Notes under the pieces: generated by a model
The model's database searches: none
Seen by the model: only the letters and a program-made list of their open reading frames with translations
What the model was told of the DNA's origin: nothing
In this document: piece by piece, positions 20,358 through 30,432 of the stretch
How the letters are laid out: the number at the start of each line of letters is the position of its first letter
How positions within the stretch are numbered: the stretch's first letter is position 1
Assembly: GCA_963792585.1 (NCBI GenBank)
Contig: CAWBWI010000003.1
Location: 384,001-448,000 of the forward strand
Reading direction: 5' to 3'
Length of the DNA: 64,000 nucleotides
Origin: Candidatus Eiseniibacteriota bacterium
GTDB taxonomy: Bacteria; Eisenbacteria; RBG-16-71-46; CAIMUX01; VGJL01
Translations under genes and position numbers: made by a program

Positions 20358-21422
20358 GTGAAACGACCGTCCACTCGCCAGGAGACTCTGGAGCGGGACG
20401 GCGCGCGGGAGAGAATCCCCGCGGGCGTGGATCCCTCGACGCGTCTCGTCGATCTGTCGCCCTACTACGGACACCTGGAGTGCTTTCAGGCTCTCCGTCC
20501 ACTCCTGGTGAAGACGAATCGCTTCACGTATGCGCCCAGCTACCCGCCGAACGAGCGGATGCAGAACACGTGGCTTTCGATCGCACTGGAAGGAATCGCG
20601 ACGCTTGCCGCGCATCGCACCGGGGAGGTCTGGGAGGATCTCGCGATCGTCGGCACGGGCAACGGCCTCGACGCCGTGGGGATCTCCCGAATCGTCCAGC
20701 CGAGGTCGATCATCGCCTCCGATATCCACCCGATCGCACTACAAGCGGCACGATGGAACATCGCCAACTATGTTGCGGAGGATTGCCGGGTCGCGGTTGT
20801 ACAAAGCGATCTCTTCGATGGATATCCGCCCGGGGCCGCATTCGACCTCATCTATGAGAATCTCCCGAACATCCCGGACGAGAAGGAGCTATTCGACGGG
20901 GTCCGCAGCGCGAGCTGTTTCGCGCCACGCGCCCAGCGGGTCGCCACGACGTTCGACCGGCATCTCCTGACCCTCCACCACGATTTTCTCATCCAAGCGC
21001 ACACTCGTCTCCGCGACTCCGGTTGGATCGTGGGTGTGATCGGAGGACGGATCCCGGTGCAGACGATTCACGAGCTGTTTGCGGACGCCGGGTATCGGTC
21101 CACGGTCGCCGCCTTCGGCCTCAAGATCCAGAGCGAGGGCGATGTGGTTCTGCCCGCCTATGCCGCAGCAGAGCAAGAGACCGGCGTCTCCTTCGTCTAT
21201 TACCATCCGCTCGAGGCGTGTCTTGCGATCGTGCGTGAGCTGTCGCAGCCGGAGGATCTTGCCGCGCGCGCGGAATACGCGGGACTGCTCACGGAACGAC
21301 TTCGGCCCCTCCAGATTCCGTCGACCGAAGCCGTACGCCTCCACGCAGGAGGAGCGGCCGTTTGCCACACGGTCTATGTCATGGCGGCTCAGCGAATCTG
21401 TGGTGGTCCCGCGAATGGGTGA
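20358..21422 (+). CDS. Class I SAM-dependent methyltransferase, PrmC/HemK-like
   Basis: IVGTGNGLDA (motif I), ASDIH, QSDLF, DLIYENLPNIP (NPPY-like position); GGAGGAG RBS and GTG start. Confidence 0.8.
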   Translation: MKRPSTRQETLERDGARERIPAGVDPSTRLVDLSPYYGHLECFQALRPLLVKTNRFTYAPSYPPNERMQNTWLSIALEGIATLAAHRTGEVWEDLAIVGTGNGLDAVGISRIVQPRSIIASDIHPIALQAARWNIANYVAEDCRVAVVQSDLFDGYPPGAAFDLIYENLPNIPDEKELFDGVRSASCFAPRAQRVATTFDRHLLTLHHDFLIQAHTRLRDSGWIVGVIGGRIPVQTIHELFADAGYRSTVAAFGLKIQSEGDVVLPAYAAAEQETGVSFVYYHPLEACLAIVRELSQPEDLAARAEYAGLLTERLRPLQIPSTEAVRLHAGGAAVCHTVYVMAAQRICGGPANG

Positions 21423-22182
21423 AGCCGACTACTTCAGGGAAGCCTCCGTCATCGATGCGATGACGGCGGAGCATCGGATTCTGTGGCGAACCCTCTTCGT
21501 GGCCTGTGGGCCGCACATCCGACCCGGCATGCGGGTTCTGGATTTCGGTTGCGGCAACGGTGGGATGCTCGCCTATCTCATGCTTGGGGACGGGAAGAAG
21601 TGGCCCGGGTGTCACTGCTCCCTTGGGATGGGGATCGATCGTCCCGAGCTGAACGCTGTGCTGGCGATGGCCGGCGACCGGCTTGGCCGGGAGTTGCCCG
21701 TCGTGTTCACTTCCGCTTCTCCCCGCTCGTTCCCTGGCCAATTCGATCTCGCCCTTTCGCACGAGGTCATCTACCTCCTCTCGGACCTCGCCGAGACGTT
21801 CCAAGGGTTGCGCGCCGCGTTGAGGCCGGGCGGCGTGATCGCCCTGGCGACGGGATGCCACAGCGAGAACCTCCTCTATCCAAGATGGACGGAAGCTCTT
21901 GCGCGGGTGGGGGTGTGTGCCCACCCGTACGGGATCCCGGACTACGTTCGGGCGCTCCGCGATGCCGGCTTCGAGGATGTCGGCAGTGCCAGCATGCGGA
22001 TGGAGGTCGATGACTACGAGGAATGGCTAGAGGTCCGGGGAGACCCTGAGCCGAATCCCGAGTGGTTCTCCACGTCCGAGGAAGAGCGGCGGTATTACAC
22101 GGAGTTCGGCAAGACGCTGATCACCGCTCGCCGGGCGTTGGCCGAGGAGCCGTCGACTGTACCCCCGCGGGAAGGGCCGTGA
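21415..22182 (+). CDS. Class I SAM-dependent methyltransferase
   Basis: VLDFGCGNGG, FDLALSHEVIY, LRPGG; overlaps the previous gene by 8 nt. Confidence 0.85.
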   Translation: MGEADYFREASVIDAMTAEHRILWRTLFVACGPHIRPGMRVLDFGCGNGGMLAYLMLGDGKKWPGCHCSLGMGIDRPELNAVLAMAGDRLGRELPVVFTSASPRSFPGQFDLALSHEVIYLLSDLAETFQGLRAALRPGGVIALATGCHSENLLYPRWTEALARVGVCAHPYGIPDYVRALRDAGFEDVGSASMRMEVDDYEEWLEVRGDPEPNPEWFSTSEEERRYYTEFGKTLITARRALAEEPSTVPPREGP

Positions 22183-24245
22183 CCGTCGCGCCCGACTATA
22201 TCCCCGAGACCATCGAGGCCAAGTGGCAACGGTTCTGGGAGGAGCGGGGGACGTTCCATGCGCATGCCTGCGGGGCGAGCAAGTTCTACTGCTACAATCC
22301 CGCGCCCTATGTCACCGGCACCCTTCATATGGGTCATGTCCGCAATTACACCTACGGTGATTTCCTCAGCAAGTTCCGGCGTCTTCACGGAGCGAACGTC
22401 CTCTACACGATCGGCTTCGACGCATTCGGCGTGCCCACAGAGGTGGCGGCCATGCGGAAACGGTTGGACCCGGCCGCCTGGACGGCCGGCTGCATCGGGG
22501 AGATGAAGAAGCAGCTTGTTCGAATGGGGTTTGGATTCGATTGGCGACGCTCCTTCTCCACGGCCGATGCGGACTACTACAAGTGGACCCAGTGGATCTT
22601 CATCGAGATGTTTCGGGAGGGCATCGTCTACGAACGGGAAGCGGAGACGCTCTGGTGTCCGCAGTGCGACATGGCCCTCGCCAAGTCGCTCACGGTCGAC
22701 GGCAGGTGCTTCCTGTGCAACATCGCAGTCGAGACGCGCGTCACAAGCCAGTGGTTCCTTCGCATCTCGCGCTATCTGGACCGTCTCAGGGATGATCTCG
22801 CCGAGGTCAGGGACCTCAACGGCCAGGCGCGTGCGGGACAGGAGAGTCTCCTCGCCTTCCGCAGCCTCTGGGGTGTCTGGTTGATCGAGCCGAAGACCGG
22901 GACCAAGGTTCTCGCCTGCATGGATTCTCCCGATGACTGGTCCAGGCATCTCGTGTTGGCGGTTCACCCTCAGGATTGGCCGACGCGACGGGCGCTCGCG
23001 GGGATCGCCGTCGAGCCGATCTCGGGCAGGTCCTTCGCAGTCGTCGTCGATCCTATGCTCGACTCGCTCTATCTGGATCAACCCGTGCTGAAGATTGTCC
23101 CGCGGGAGGGCGGAGCGCAGGCAATTGAACATGCGCCGGCGGATGGGATCTTCCCGCTCACGGTGAACGAACAGAAGGACTTCTCTGTTTCGCGCCAGCG
23201 ACTCTGGGGAACGCCCATCCCGATGGTCCGGTGTGAGACGTGCGGAGTCGTCCCGGTGGAGGCCGCGGATCTTCCCGTGCGGTTGCCGCGGATCGAAGCC
23301 GATGGCTCCGGACGGCTGCGGCGAACCGAACCCGGGTGGGACGTTCGCGCGTGCCCTTCATGCAAACGGCCGGCAATGCTCGATCCCCAGGTCATGGATT
23401 GCCACTTCGATGCGCTATGGCACTACTGGCGCCCCTGTGTTGGCTCCACGGCGGAGTTTCCTTTCGACTCGGACGAAGCCCGGTATTGGATGCCGGTCGA
23501 CCAGATCCAATTCGGCAGGGACACGATTCCGTTCCTCCTGACCCTGCGGCTGTTCACGAAGTTCCTGAAGGACCGCGGGCTCTCGGATTGCTCGGAGTTC
23601 GCCCGCGAGATGCTTGCGCACGGTCTGATCCTCATGGGCAATCGGAAGATGAGCAAGCACATCGGCAACGTCGTCGATCCGGAGCAAATGATCACCCGTT
23701 TCGGGGCGGACAGTCTTCGGTTCTATGTCCTCGCCAGGAGCGATCCCAGGAGCGATTATAGCTGGTCGGAGGCGAGCCTCGCGCGCTATCACGAGCTCTT
23801 GAAGCACTACTACGAGGATCTGGACCCTGAGACTTCGAGGGAGACAGCGGCGGCGGGAATGGAGGGATCGAAGACGGGATCCGCGGGGAAGTACCTGTCG
23901 ATCTTTCTCACAAAGGTGTTGCGCGAGGTGGAGGTACTGGAGTCGAGCGTTGAAAGTGGACGGTTCGACATCTACGCGCGGGCGGTTGCGCGAATCCTGG
24001 AAGCGCTTCATCTGTTCAAGGAGCGGTACTACACGCAGGCGGGATCGTGGGGGCGGGAAGCGTGGGGGAAGTGCGCGGAGCAGTCCATTCTCTACCTCGC
24101 CCCGATCGCGCCACACATCGCGGAGGAGTGCTGGGAGCGAAGCGGCCGAGCGCCGGGAGTCTTCGCGGGAGTGCGTTGGCCATCAGACGGCCCGATGGTC
24201 GTTCGAGATTTGGTGGAGGAAGCGAAGAGGCGGAGGCAGTCGTGA
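22179..24245 (+). CDS. Divergent leucyl-tRNA synthetase-like class Ia aminoacyl-tRNA synthetase (688 aa)
   Basis: HMGH and KMSKH signatures, GFDAFG, YYKWTQWIF, SRQRLWGTPIP, Zn-knuckle CxxC pairs, LAPIAPHIAEECW; shrunken CP1 region; GTGA overlap. Confidence 0.9.
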   Translation: MTVAPDYIPETIEAKWQRFWEERGTFHAHACGASKFYCYNPAPYVTGTLHMGHVRNYTYGDFLSKFRRLHGANVLYTIGFDAFGVPTEVAAMRKRLDPAAWTAGCIGEMKKQLVRMGFGFDWRRSFSTADADYYKWTQWIFIEMFREGIVYEREAETLWCPQCDMALAKSLTVDGRCFLCNIAVETRVTSQWFLRISRYLDRLRDDLAEVRDLNGQARAGQESLLAFRSLWGVWLIEPKTGTKVLACMDSPDDWSRHLVLAVHPQDWPTRRALAGIAVEPISGRSFAVVVDPMLDSLYLDQPVLKIVPREGGAQAIEHAPADGIFPLTVNEQKDFSVSRQRLWGTPIPMVRCETCGVVPVEAADLPVRLPRIEADGSGRLRRTEPGWDVRACPSCKRPAMLDPQVMDCHFDALWHYWRPCVGSTAEFPFDSDEARYWMPVDQIQFGRDTIPFLLTLRLFTKFLKDRGLSDCSEFAREMLAHGLILMGNRKMSKHIGNVVDPEQMITRFGADSLRFYVLARSDPRSDYSWSEASLARYHELLKHYYEDLDPETSRETAAAGMEGSKTGSAGKYLSIFLTKVLREVEVLESSVESGRFDIYARAVARILEALHLFKERYYTQAGSWGREAWGKCAEQSILYLAPIAPHIAEECWERSGRAPGVFAGVRWPSDGPMVVRDLVEEAKRRRQS

Positions 24246-25042
24246 ATCGGGAAGTCATGTGCGACCACTTGGTTCGGTTGATCGACGATCTGGAACGGTG
24301 CTCCGGCGGGGCGCCGCGCGACCTGCTCCGCGCCGCGTTGTGCATCGAGCACGTCGTGATGTCCGATCTACTGCCTCCGGAGGAGGAGGACGCCGTCTTT
24401 GCGGACCCGAGGATCGCCGTGCGGGCGTCCGGTTGTCAGAGGATCTTCTCGGATCTCGAGAGCACCATCGAGCGGAGCATGGCCGAGGTTGTGCGGCTCG
24501 GCGGGGCCGAAACGACTTGGGCCCGGGAGAACGTGAGCCAGCACTACATTGCGCGTTACGAGTACCTTTCCCAGTGCGAGATCGAGCTGGCGCGGATGGG
24601 ACCGGAGGATCGTGTCCTCTTCATCGGGAGCGGGTACCTGCCGATCACGGCGTTCGAATACGTCCGTCAGTCCGGCTGCAAGGTTGACTGCGCCGACTTC
24701 GTCCCGGAAGCGATCGATTGCGCCCGAAAGATCACGGAACGGATCGGGATGACGGAGCGTGTGCGGTTCTTCCAGACGCGAGGGGAGCAGCACGATCCCT
24801 CCCCATACGACGTCATCCTCGTAGGTGTGCTTGCACTGCCGAAACGGGCGATCCTGTCCCACCTGGATGCGGGGGCGAAGGGCGGATGCCGTGTGCTGTG
24901 TCGGACCACCTACGGGCTGCGGCAACTCGTCTACCAGCAAGCGTCCTACGAGGTGCGGAGCCTCCGTCGACTCGTTCCGGGAGAACGAAGCGTGGCCCGT
25001 GGGGAGCGGGTCATTTCTGCGGAGCTCTTGAGGGCTTCTTGA
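24242..25042 (+). CDS. Nicotianamine synthase-like SAM-dependent aminocarboxypropyl transferase
   Basis: Y..RY..L...E followed by VLFIGSGYLPIT (NAS-family FIGSGPLPLT), and RTTYGLRQLVY; GTGA overlap with the synthetase gene. Confidence 0.75.
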   Translation: MNREVMCDHLVRLIDDLERCSGGAPRDLLRAALCIEHVVMSDLLPPEEEDAVFADPRIAVRASGCQRIFSDLESTIERSMAEVVRLGGAETTWARENVSQHYIARYEYLSQCEIELARMGPEDRVLFIGSGYLPITAFEYVRQSGCKVDCADFVPEAIDCARKITERIGMTERVRFFQTRGEQHDPSPYDVILVGVLALPKRAILSHLDAGAKGGCRVLCRTTYGLRQLVYQQASYEVRSLRRLVPGERSVARGERVISAELLRAS

Positions 25043-25306
25043 GACCCGGTTGGGAGGGTCGGGGCCCGATTCGCGAGCAAGCGCAGGTCGCATCGAGAAC
25101 CGAGATCGCCGGTGGAGGTTTGAAACACTGAGGATATCCCAGCCAGTTGAGCGTATAATTGAGTGCGACGGATCCTCCGGGCTCATCTGCTGAGAGGATC
25201 TGGTGCGACGGCGATCGACGGGGGGACCGCACCGCAGTTCTCCGCCGGTTCGGTCCCGACCTCGTTCGACCGCCGGTTCCATGTCACACGAAAGGAGGGA
25301 GTCCTC

Positions 25307-26029
25307 ATGATGAGGAAGGTCGCCCTGCTCCTTGTTCTGAGTTCCATTTTCGGAGGCGGCGCGCTCGCCGCCAATCCCAGCCTGAGTGCGGGAGGTGGCG
25401 GCAGCCCGAACGTCCTCAACTCCGGCCGAGAAGTTATCTGGAGTGAGCCGCCTGACCTCGAAGGTCTGATCGCCTCGTCGGAAGTCATCGGGCAATTCGC
25501 CCTTGAGACGGAAATCGCCAACGACTTCTATATCTCCTGGGATACCTGTATCGGCGGCGCTCGCTGGTGGGGCGGTTATTACAACAACAACGGCTGTAGC
25601 GACATTGGCATCGCGACAAACTGGAACCTCCGATTCTACGATGACGGCGGCTGCGTTCCGTTGACGACTCTTTCCGAGACGGTGGGCGCCTTCGCAAACG
25701 AGACTTTCATTTACTGCCAGGGCGGGTTCTACCCGGTCTTCCAGTACGAAGCCTACACATCATACGTCTACATCACGGCGAACACCCTGTACTGGTTCGG
25801 CGCACAGGCATCCGATCACGCGTTTCCGCCGCAGGTGGGCCGTATCGCCTCCGCATGGGTCGTCGGCTGCGACACGGTGTTCAAGAGTGCCTACTTCTCG
25901 TACCCCGACTGGACGCCCGGCATCGACGTGTTCGGTGTCGCCTTCGATGCCAGCCAGGAGTTCGAGAACTGGTGCATAGTTCCGACCGTGACGACCACGT
26001 GGGGCGCCGTGAAGGGGCTCTACCGGTAG
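25307..26029 (+). CDS. Secreted tandem paralog 1 (ANDF/WWGGY domain, C-terminal TTWGAVKGLYR)
   Basis: AGGAGG RBS, signal peptide, family motifs; single ATA codon at 25976. Confidence 0.9.
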   Translation: MMRKVALLLVLSSIFGGGALAANPSLSAGGGGSPNVLNSGREVIWSEPPDLEGLIASSEVIGQFALETEIANDFYISWDTCIGGARWWGGYYNNNGCSDIGIATNWNLRFYDDGGCVPLTTLSETVGAFANETFIYCQGGFYPVFQYEAYTSYVYITANTLYWFGAQASDHAFPPQVGRIASAWVVGCDTVFKSAYFSYPDWTPGIDVFGVAFDASQEFENWCIVPTVTTTWGAVKGLYR

Positions 26030-26333
26030 GTCCGGCGAATGGGGAGGTCCGCTGTGGCGCAGCGGGCTTCAGGTGGCACACAAAGAGTTTGGTGGCGTTG
26101 GGGCGCTCCCGTCGATGCGGCGGGGGCGCTTCTTGCATCCGGCCGCGGCGGCCCTCGGTGGACTCCATCCCCGGGACGGTAGATAATCGACGGCAACAAT
26201 TCCCGACGGCTCTTGGGTCGGGGGTGCAGGCGGCTCGGCGGTCAAACGAGGACGGGCACCGCACCGTGACGCCCGCCTGGTCCCGCGCGTGATCGTCGTT
26301 GTGTGCTGTGACAAACCACAGGAGGGAGTCCTC

Positions 26334-27047
26334 ATGATGATACAGATCGCCCTTGTCCTGAGTCTGGTCGTTGCCAGCGGAGCGCTTGCCATCAACCCAT
26401 CCCTGAGCGGGGGCGGTGGCGGTACGAATGTTCTGAACTCCGGTCGCGAAGTCGTCTGGAGCGAGCCACCGAACCTCGACGGTTTGATCGGGTCGTCGGA
26501 GGTTATTTGGGAGTTCTATGTCGTGACGGAACTTGCCAACGATTTCTTCCTCACTACGAACCACGGCCTCGACATCGCTCGCTGGTGGGGTGGCTATTTT
26601 TACAACAGCAGTTGCGGCGATGTCGGTGTCGCCACAAATTGGAACCTAACATTCTACGATGATGTCGGTTGCATACCGGAACATGTGCTTTACGAGCGTA
26701 TGGGCGTCGATGCGAACGAGACTTTCGTCTATTGCCAAAGCGACGTCTACCCGATCTTCAGCTACGAGGTCGCCGATCTGAACTTCACAGCTCAGGCGAA
26801 TACCCGATACTGGTTCGTCGCGCAGGCAGCTGACCATACGTTCCCGCCCCAGGTAGGTCGCGTCGCTTCCGCCGGAGTCGTCGGCTGCGAGACCGTCTTC
26901 AGAGGGTCCTACTTCTCGTACAACTACTGGACTCCCGTTATCGATGTGTTCGGCGTGGCGTTTGATGCCAGCCAGGAGTTCGAGGAGTATCACATAGTCC
27001 CTACTGAAAGGACCACGTGGGGCGCCGTGAAGGAGCTCTACCGGTAG
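26334..27047 (+). CDS. Secreted tandem paralog 2 (most divergent copy)
   Basis: Same family; ends TTWGAVKELYR; ATA codons at 26340, 26673 and 26994. Confidence 0.9.
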   Translation: MMIQIALVLSLVVASGALAINPSLSGGGGGTNVLNSGREVVWSEPPNLDGLIGSSEVIWEFYVVTELANDFFLTTNHGLDIARWWGGYFYNSSCGDVGVATNWNLTFYDDVGCIPEHVLYERMGVDANETFVYCQSDVYPIFSYEVADLNFTAQANTRYWFVAQAADHTFPPQVGRVASAGVVGCETVFRGSYFSYNYWTPVIDVFGVAFDASQEFEEYHIVPTERTTWGAVKELYR

Positions 27048-27350
27048 GTCCGGCGAATGGAGAGGTCCGCTGTGGCGCAGCGGGCTTCAGGTGGCACACA
27101 AAGAGTTTGGTGGCGATGAGGCGCTTCCGTCGTTGCGGCGGGGCGCTTCTCACGTCCAGTCGCCACAGGCTTGGGTGGACATCGGCCTCGCAGGAGCAGA
27201 TACTCGTAGGCGGCGAATCCCTGCGGCTCTCGAGCCGGGGGATCCGACGGACTGCTGGTCGAGGGAGCCCGCCACCCACCGACCGTCGGTCCGGCCATGG
27301 ACCTGTTCGTCGTTGAGTCTCGTGACAGCCGAAAGGAGGGAATCCTCGCT

Positions 27351-28079
27351 ATGAGGAAGGTCGCCCTTGTCCTTGTCCTGAGCTGCGTCGCCGGGGGCGG
27401 CGCGCTGGCCGTCAACCCGAGCATCATGGCCGGCGGAGAGGGCACGCAGAACGTCCTAGACTCCGGTCGAGATCCCGTCTGGAGTGAGCCGCCCGATCTA
27501 GAGGGTCTGATCGCTTCGTCGGAAGTTATCGGGCAGGTCGGCCTCGAGACGGAAATCGCAAATGACTTCTACATCGACCATGACGAGTACATCAGTATCG
27601 CCCGCTGGTGGGGCGGATACTACAACAACAACGGCTGCAGTGACATCGGGTACGGCACGAACTGGAATCTGCGCCTCTACGATGACTTGGGCTGTGTTCC
27701 GGGGTCAGTGCTTTCCGAGACTCTAGGGCTGTCGGTGATCGAGGCCTTCGTATACTGCCAGGCTGGCCTCTACCCGGTCTTCGAATACTGGGCATGCGTC
27801 GAGTTCTGGGTCGCGGGGAATACATTGTACTGGTTCGGTGCACAAGCATCCGATCACACGTTCCCACCGCAGGTCGGTCGCGTGGCCTCTGCCGGAGTCG
27901 TCGGCTGCGACTCCGTATTCAAGAGCGCCTACTTCTCGTATCCGGATTGGACGCCCGGTATCGACGTCTTCGGGGTCGCATTCGACGCGAGTCAGGAATT
28001 CGGCAATGGTATCTGCATAGACGGACCTGTCCCTAATCAGCGGACCACGTGGGGCGCCGTGAAGGGGCTCTACCGGTAG
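27351..28079 (+). CDS. Secreted tandem paralog 3
   Basis: Same family; ATA at 28017. Confidence 0.9.
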   Translation: MRKVALVLVLSCVAGGGALAVNPSIMAGGEGTQNVLDSGRDPVWSEPPDLEGLIASSEVIGQVGLETEIANDFYIDHDEYISIARWWGGYYNNNGCSDIGYGTNWNLRLYDDLGCVPGSVLSETLGLSVIEAFVYCQAGLYPVFEYWACVEFWVAGNTLYWFGAQASDHTFPPQVGRVASAGVVGCDSVFKSAYFSYPDWTPGIDVFGVAFDASQEFGNGICIDGPVPNQRTTWGAVKGLYR

Positions 28080-28381
28080 GTCCGGCGAATGGGGAGGTCC
28101 GCTGTGGCGCAGCGGGCTTCAGGTGGCACACAAAGAGTTTGGTGGCGATGAGGCGCTTCCGCCGTTGCGGCGGGGGCGCTTCTTGCGTCCAGCCGCACAG
28201 GCTTCGGTGGACGTCGGCCTCACAGGAGCAGATACTCGTAGGCGGCGAATCAAAGCGGTCACTGAGCCGGGGGATCCGACGGACTGCTGGTCGAAGGAGC
28301 CCGCCTCCCACCAACCGTCGGTCCGGCCATGGATCTGTTCGCCGTTAGTCTCGTGACAGCCGAAAGGAGGGAATCCTCGCC

Positions 28382-29098
28382 ATGAGGAAGGTCGCCCTTG
28401 TCCTTGTCCTGAGCTTCGTCGCCACAGGCGGCGCGCTCGCCATCAACCCGGGCATCATGGCTGGCGGGGGGGGCACGCAGAACGTCCTCAACTCCAGCCG
28501 AGATGTTGTCTGGAGTGAGCCGCCCGACCTCGAAGGTCTGATTGCCTCGTCAGAAGTCATCGGGCAATTGGCTCTCGAGACGGAAATCGCAAACGATTTC
28601 TACCTTCCCTGGGACTACTGGATCTGCGTCGCCCGCTGGTGGGGTGGTTACTACAACAACAACGGCTGCGGCGATGTCGGCATCGCGACGAACTGGAACG
28701 TTCGGTTCTACGATGACGGCGGCTGCGTGCCTCTTACCCTGCTGAACGAGACGCTCGGCGCGTTCGCGAACGAGACCAGCGTCTATTGCCAGGATGGCTT
28801 CTACCCGATCTTTAGGTACGAAGTTGACGTCAGCATGCCGATCACCGGCAACACCCTGTACTGGTTCGGCGCGCAGGCTGCCGACCATGCGTTCCCGCCG
28901 CAGTGCGGCCGCGTTGCCTCCGGCTCCGTCGTCGGTTGCGACACGGTGTTCAAGAGTGCCTACTTCTCGTACTCCGACTGGACGCCCGGCATCGACGTGT
29001 TCGGTGTTGCGTTCGACGCCAGCCAGGAGTTCGTGATCGGGTGCATAGTTCCAACCGTCACGACCACGTGGGGCGCCGTGAAGGGGCTCTACCGGTAG
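28382..29098 (+). CDS. Secreted tandem paralog 4
   Basis: Same family; ATA at 29045. Confidence 0.9.
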   Translation: MRKVALVLVLSFVATGGALAINPGIMAGGGGTQNVLNSSRDVVWSEPPDLEGLIASSEVIGQLALETEIANDFYLPWDYWICVARWWGGYYNNNGCGDVGIATNWNVRFYDDGGCVPLTLLNETLGAFANETSVYCQDGFYPIFRYEVDVSMPITGNTLYWFGAQAADHAFPPQCGRVASGSVVGCDTVFKSAYFSYSDWTPGIDVFGVAFDASQEFVIGCIVPTVTTTWGAVKGLYR

Positions 29099-29406
29099 GT
29101 CCGGCGAATAGAGAGGTCCGCTGTGGCGCAGCGGGCTTCAGGTGGCACATAAAGAGTTTGGTGGCGATGGGGCGCTCCCGTCGATGCGGCGGGGGCGCTT
29201 CCTGCATCCGCCGCGCAGGACGACGTTTGACCCCCCGTCCCAATGAGCGGATACTCATAGGCGGCAGATCCTACCCGGCATGTGTGCCGACTGGATCTGA
29301 CGGTCCTGCGATTGTGGTGAGACCCGCCGCGTGGGCAGCAGCCAGTCCGGTCCGGGACTTGTTCGCACGTGAGTTCCGCAACAAGCGAAAGGAGGGAATC
29401 CTCGCC

Positions 29407-30129
29407 ATGAGGAAGGTCGCCCTTGTCCTTGCGCTGAGTTTCGTCGCCGCAGGCGGTGCACTCGCCGTCAATCCGAGCATCATGGCCGGTGGGGGGGGCA
29501 CGCAGAACGTCCTCAACTCCGGCCGTGACGTGGTCTGGGGTGAGCCGCCCGATCTCGATGGCCTCATCGCCTCGTCAGAAGTCATCGGACAACTCGCTCT
29601 CGAGACGGAAATCGCAAATGACTTCTGGGTTGATCATGACGGCTCCATCGATTGTGCCTGCTGGTGGGGAGGGTACTACAATAACAACGGCTGCGGTGAC
29701 ATCGGTATCGCTACGAACTGGAACCTCCGGTTCTACGATGACGGTGGCTGCGTTCCGCTGTCGGTCCTCGCCGAGACGGTGGGCGCCTTCGCTTACGAGA
29801 CCAGTGTGTACTGTCAGGGTGGGCTCTACCCGGTCTTCCAGTACGAAGCTGGCGTCGACTTCCAGATCACGGGGAACACATTGTACTGGTTCGGCGCGCA
29901 GGCATCCGACCACACGTTTCCGCCGCAGGTAGGCCGTATCGCCTCCGCAGGGGTCGTCGGCTGCGACTCCGTGTTCAAGAGTGCCTACTTCTCGTACCCC
30001 GACTGGACGCCTGGTATCGACGTATTCGGTGTCGCCTTCGATGCGAGTCAGGAGTTTAGGGAATACTGCATACTACCTGTCGGCACGCAGCGGACCACGT
30101 GGGGCGCCGTGAAGGGGCTCTACCGGTAG
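29407..30129 (+). CDS. Secreted tandem paralog 5
   Basis: Same family; ATA at 30070. Confidence 0.9.
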   Translation: MRKVALVLALSFVAAGGALAVNPSIMAGGGGTQNVLNSGRDVVWGEPPDLDGLIASSEVIGQLALETEIANDFWVDHDGSIDCACWWGGYYNNNGCGDIGIATNWNLRFYDDGGCVPLSVLAETVGAFAYETSVYCQGGLYPVFQYEAGVDFQITGNTLYWFGAQASDHTFPPQVGRIASAGVVGCDSVFKSAYFSYPDWTPGIDVFGVAFDASQEFREYCILPVGTQRTTWGAVKGLYR

Positions 30130-30432
30130 GTCCGGCGAATGGGGAGGTCCGCTGTGGCGCAGCGGGCTTCAGGTGGCACACAGAGAGTTTGGTGGCGATG
30201 AGGCGCTTCCGCCGTTGCGGCGGGGGCGCTTCTCACGTCCGGCCGCAGCAGGCTTCGGTGGACATCGGCCTCACAGGAGCAGATACTCGTAGGCGGCGAA
30301 TCCCTGCGGCTCTCGGGCCGGGGGATCCGACGGACTGCTGGTCGAGGAGCCCGCCTCCCACCGACCCTCGGTCCGGCCATGGACCTGCTCGTCGTTGGGT
30401 CTCGTGACAGCCGAAAGGAGGGAATCCTCGCC

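Noticed and set aside
25120..25159. Sigma70 promoter for the paralog array
   Set aside because: TATAAT is present at 25154-59, but the nearest TTGAAA is 28 nt away, so the call is not supported.
26027..26100. Amber (TAG) read-through in the paralogs, since all end in TAG followed by a hairpin
   Set aside because: The tRNA anticodon is UAU rather than CUA, there are no pyl genes, and KxLYR-stop looks like a natural terminus.
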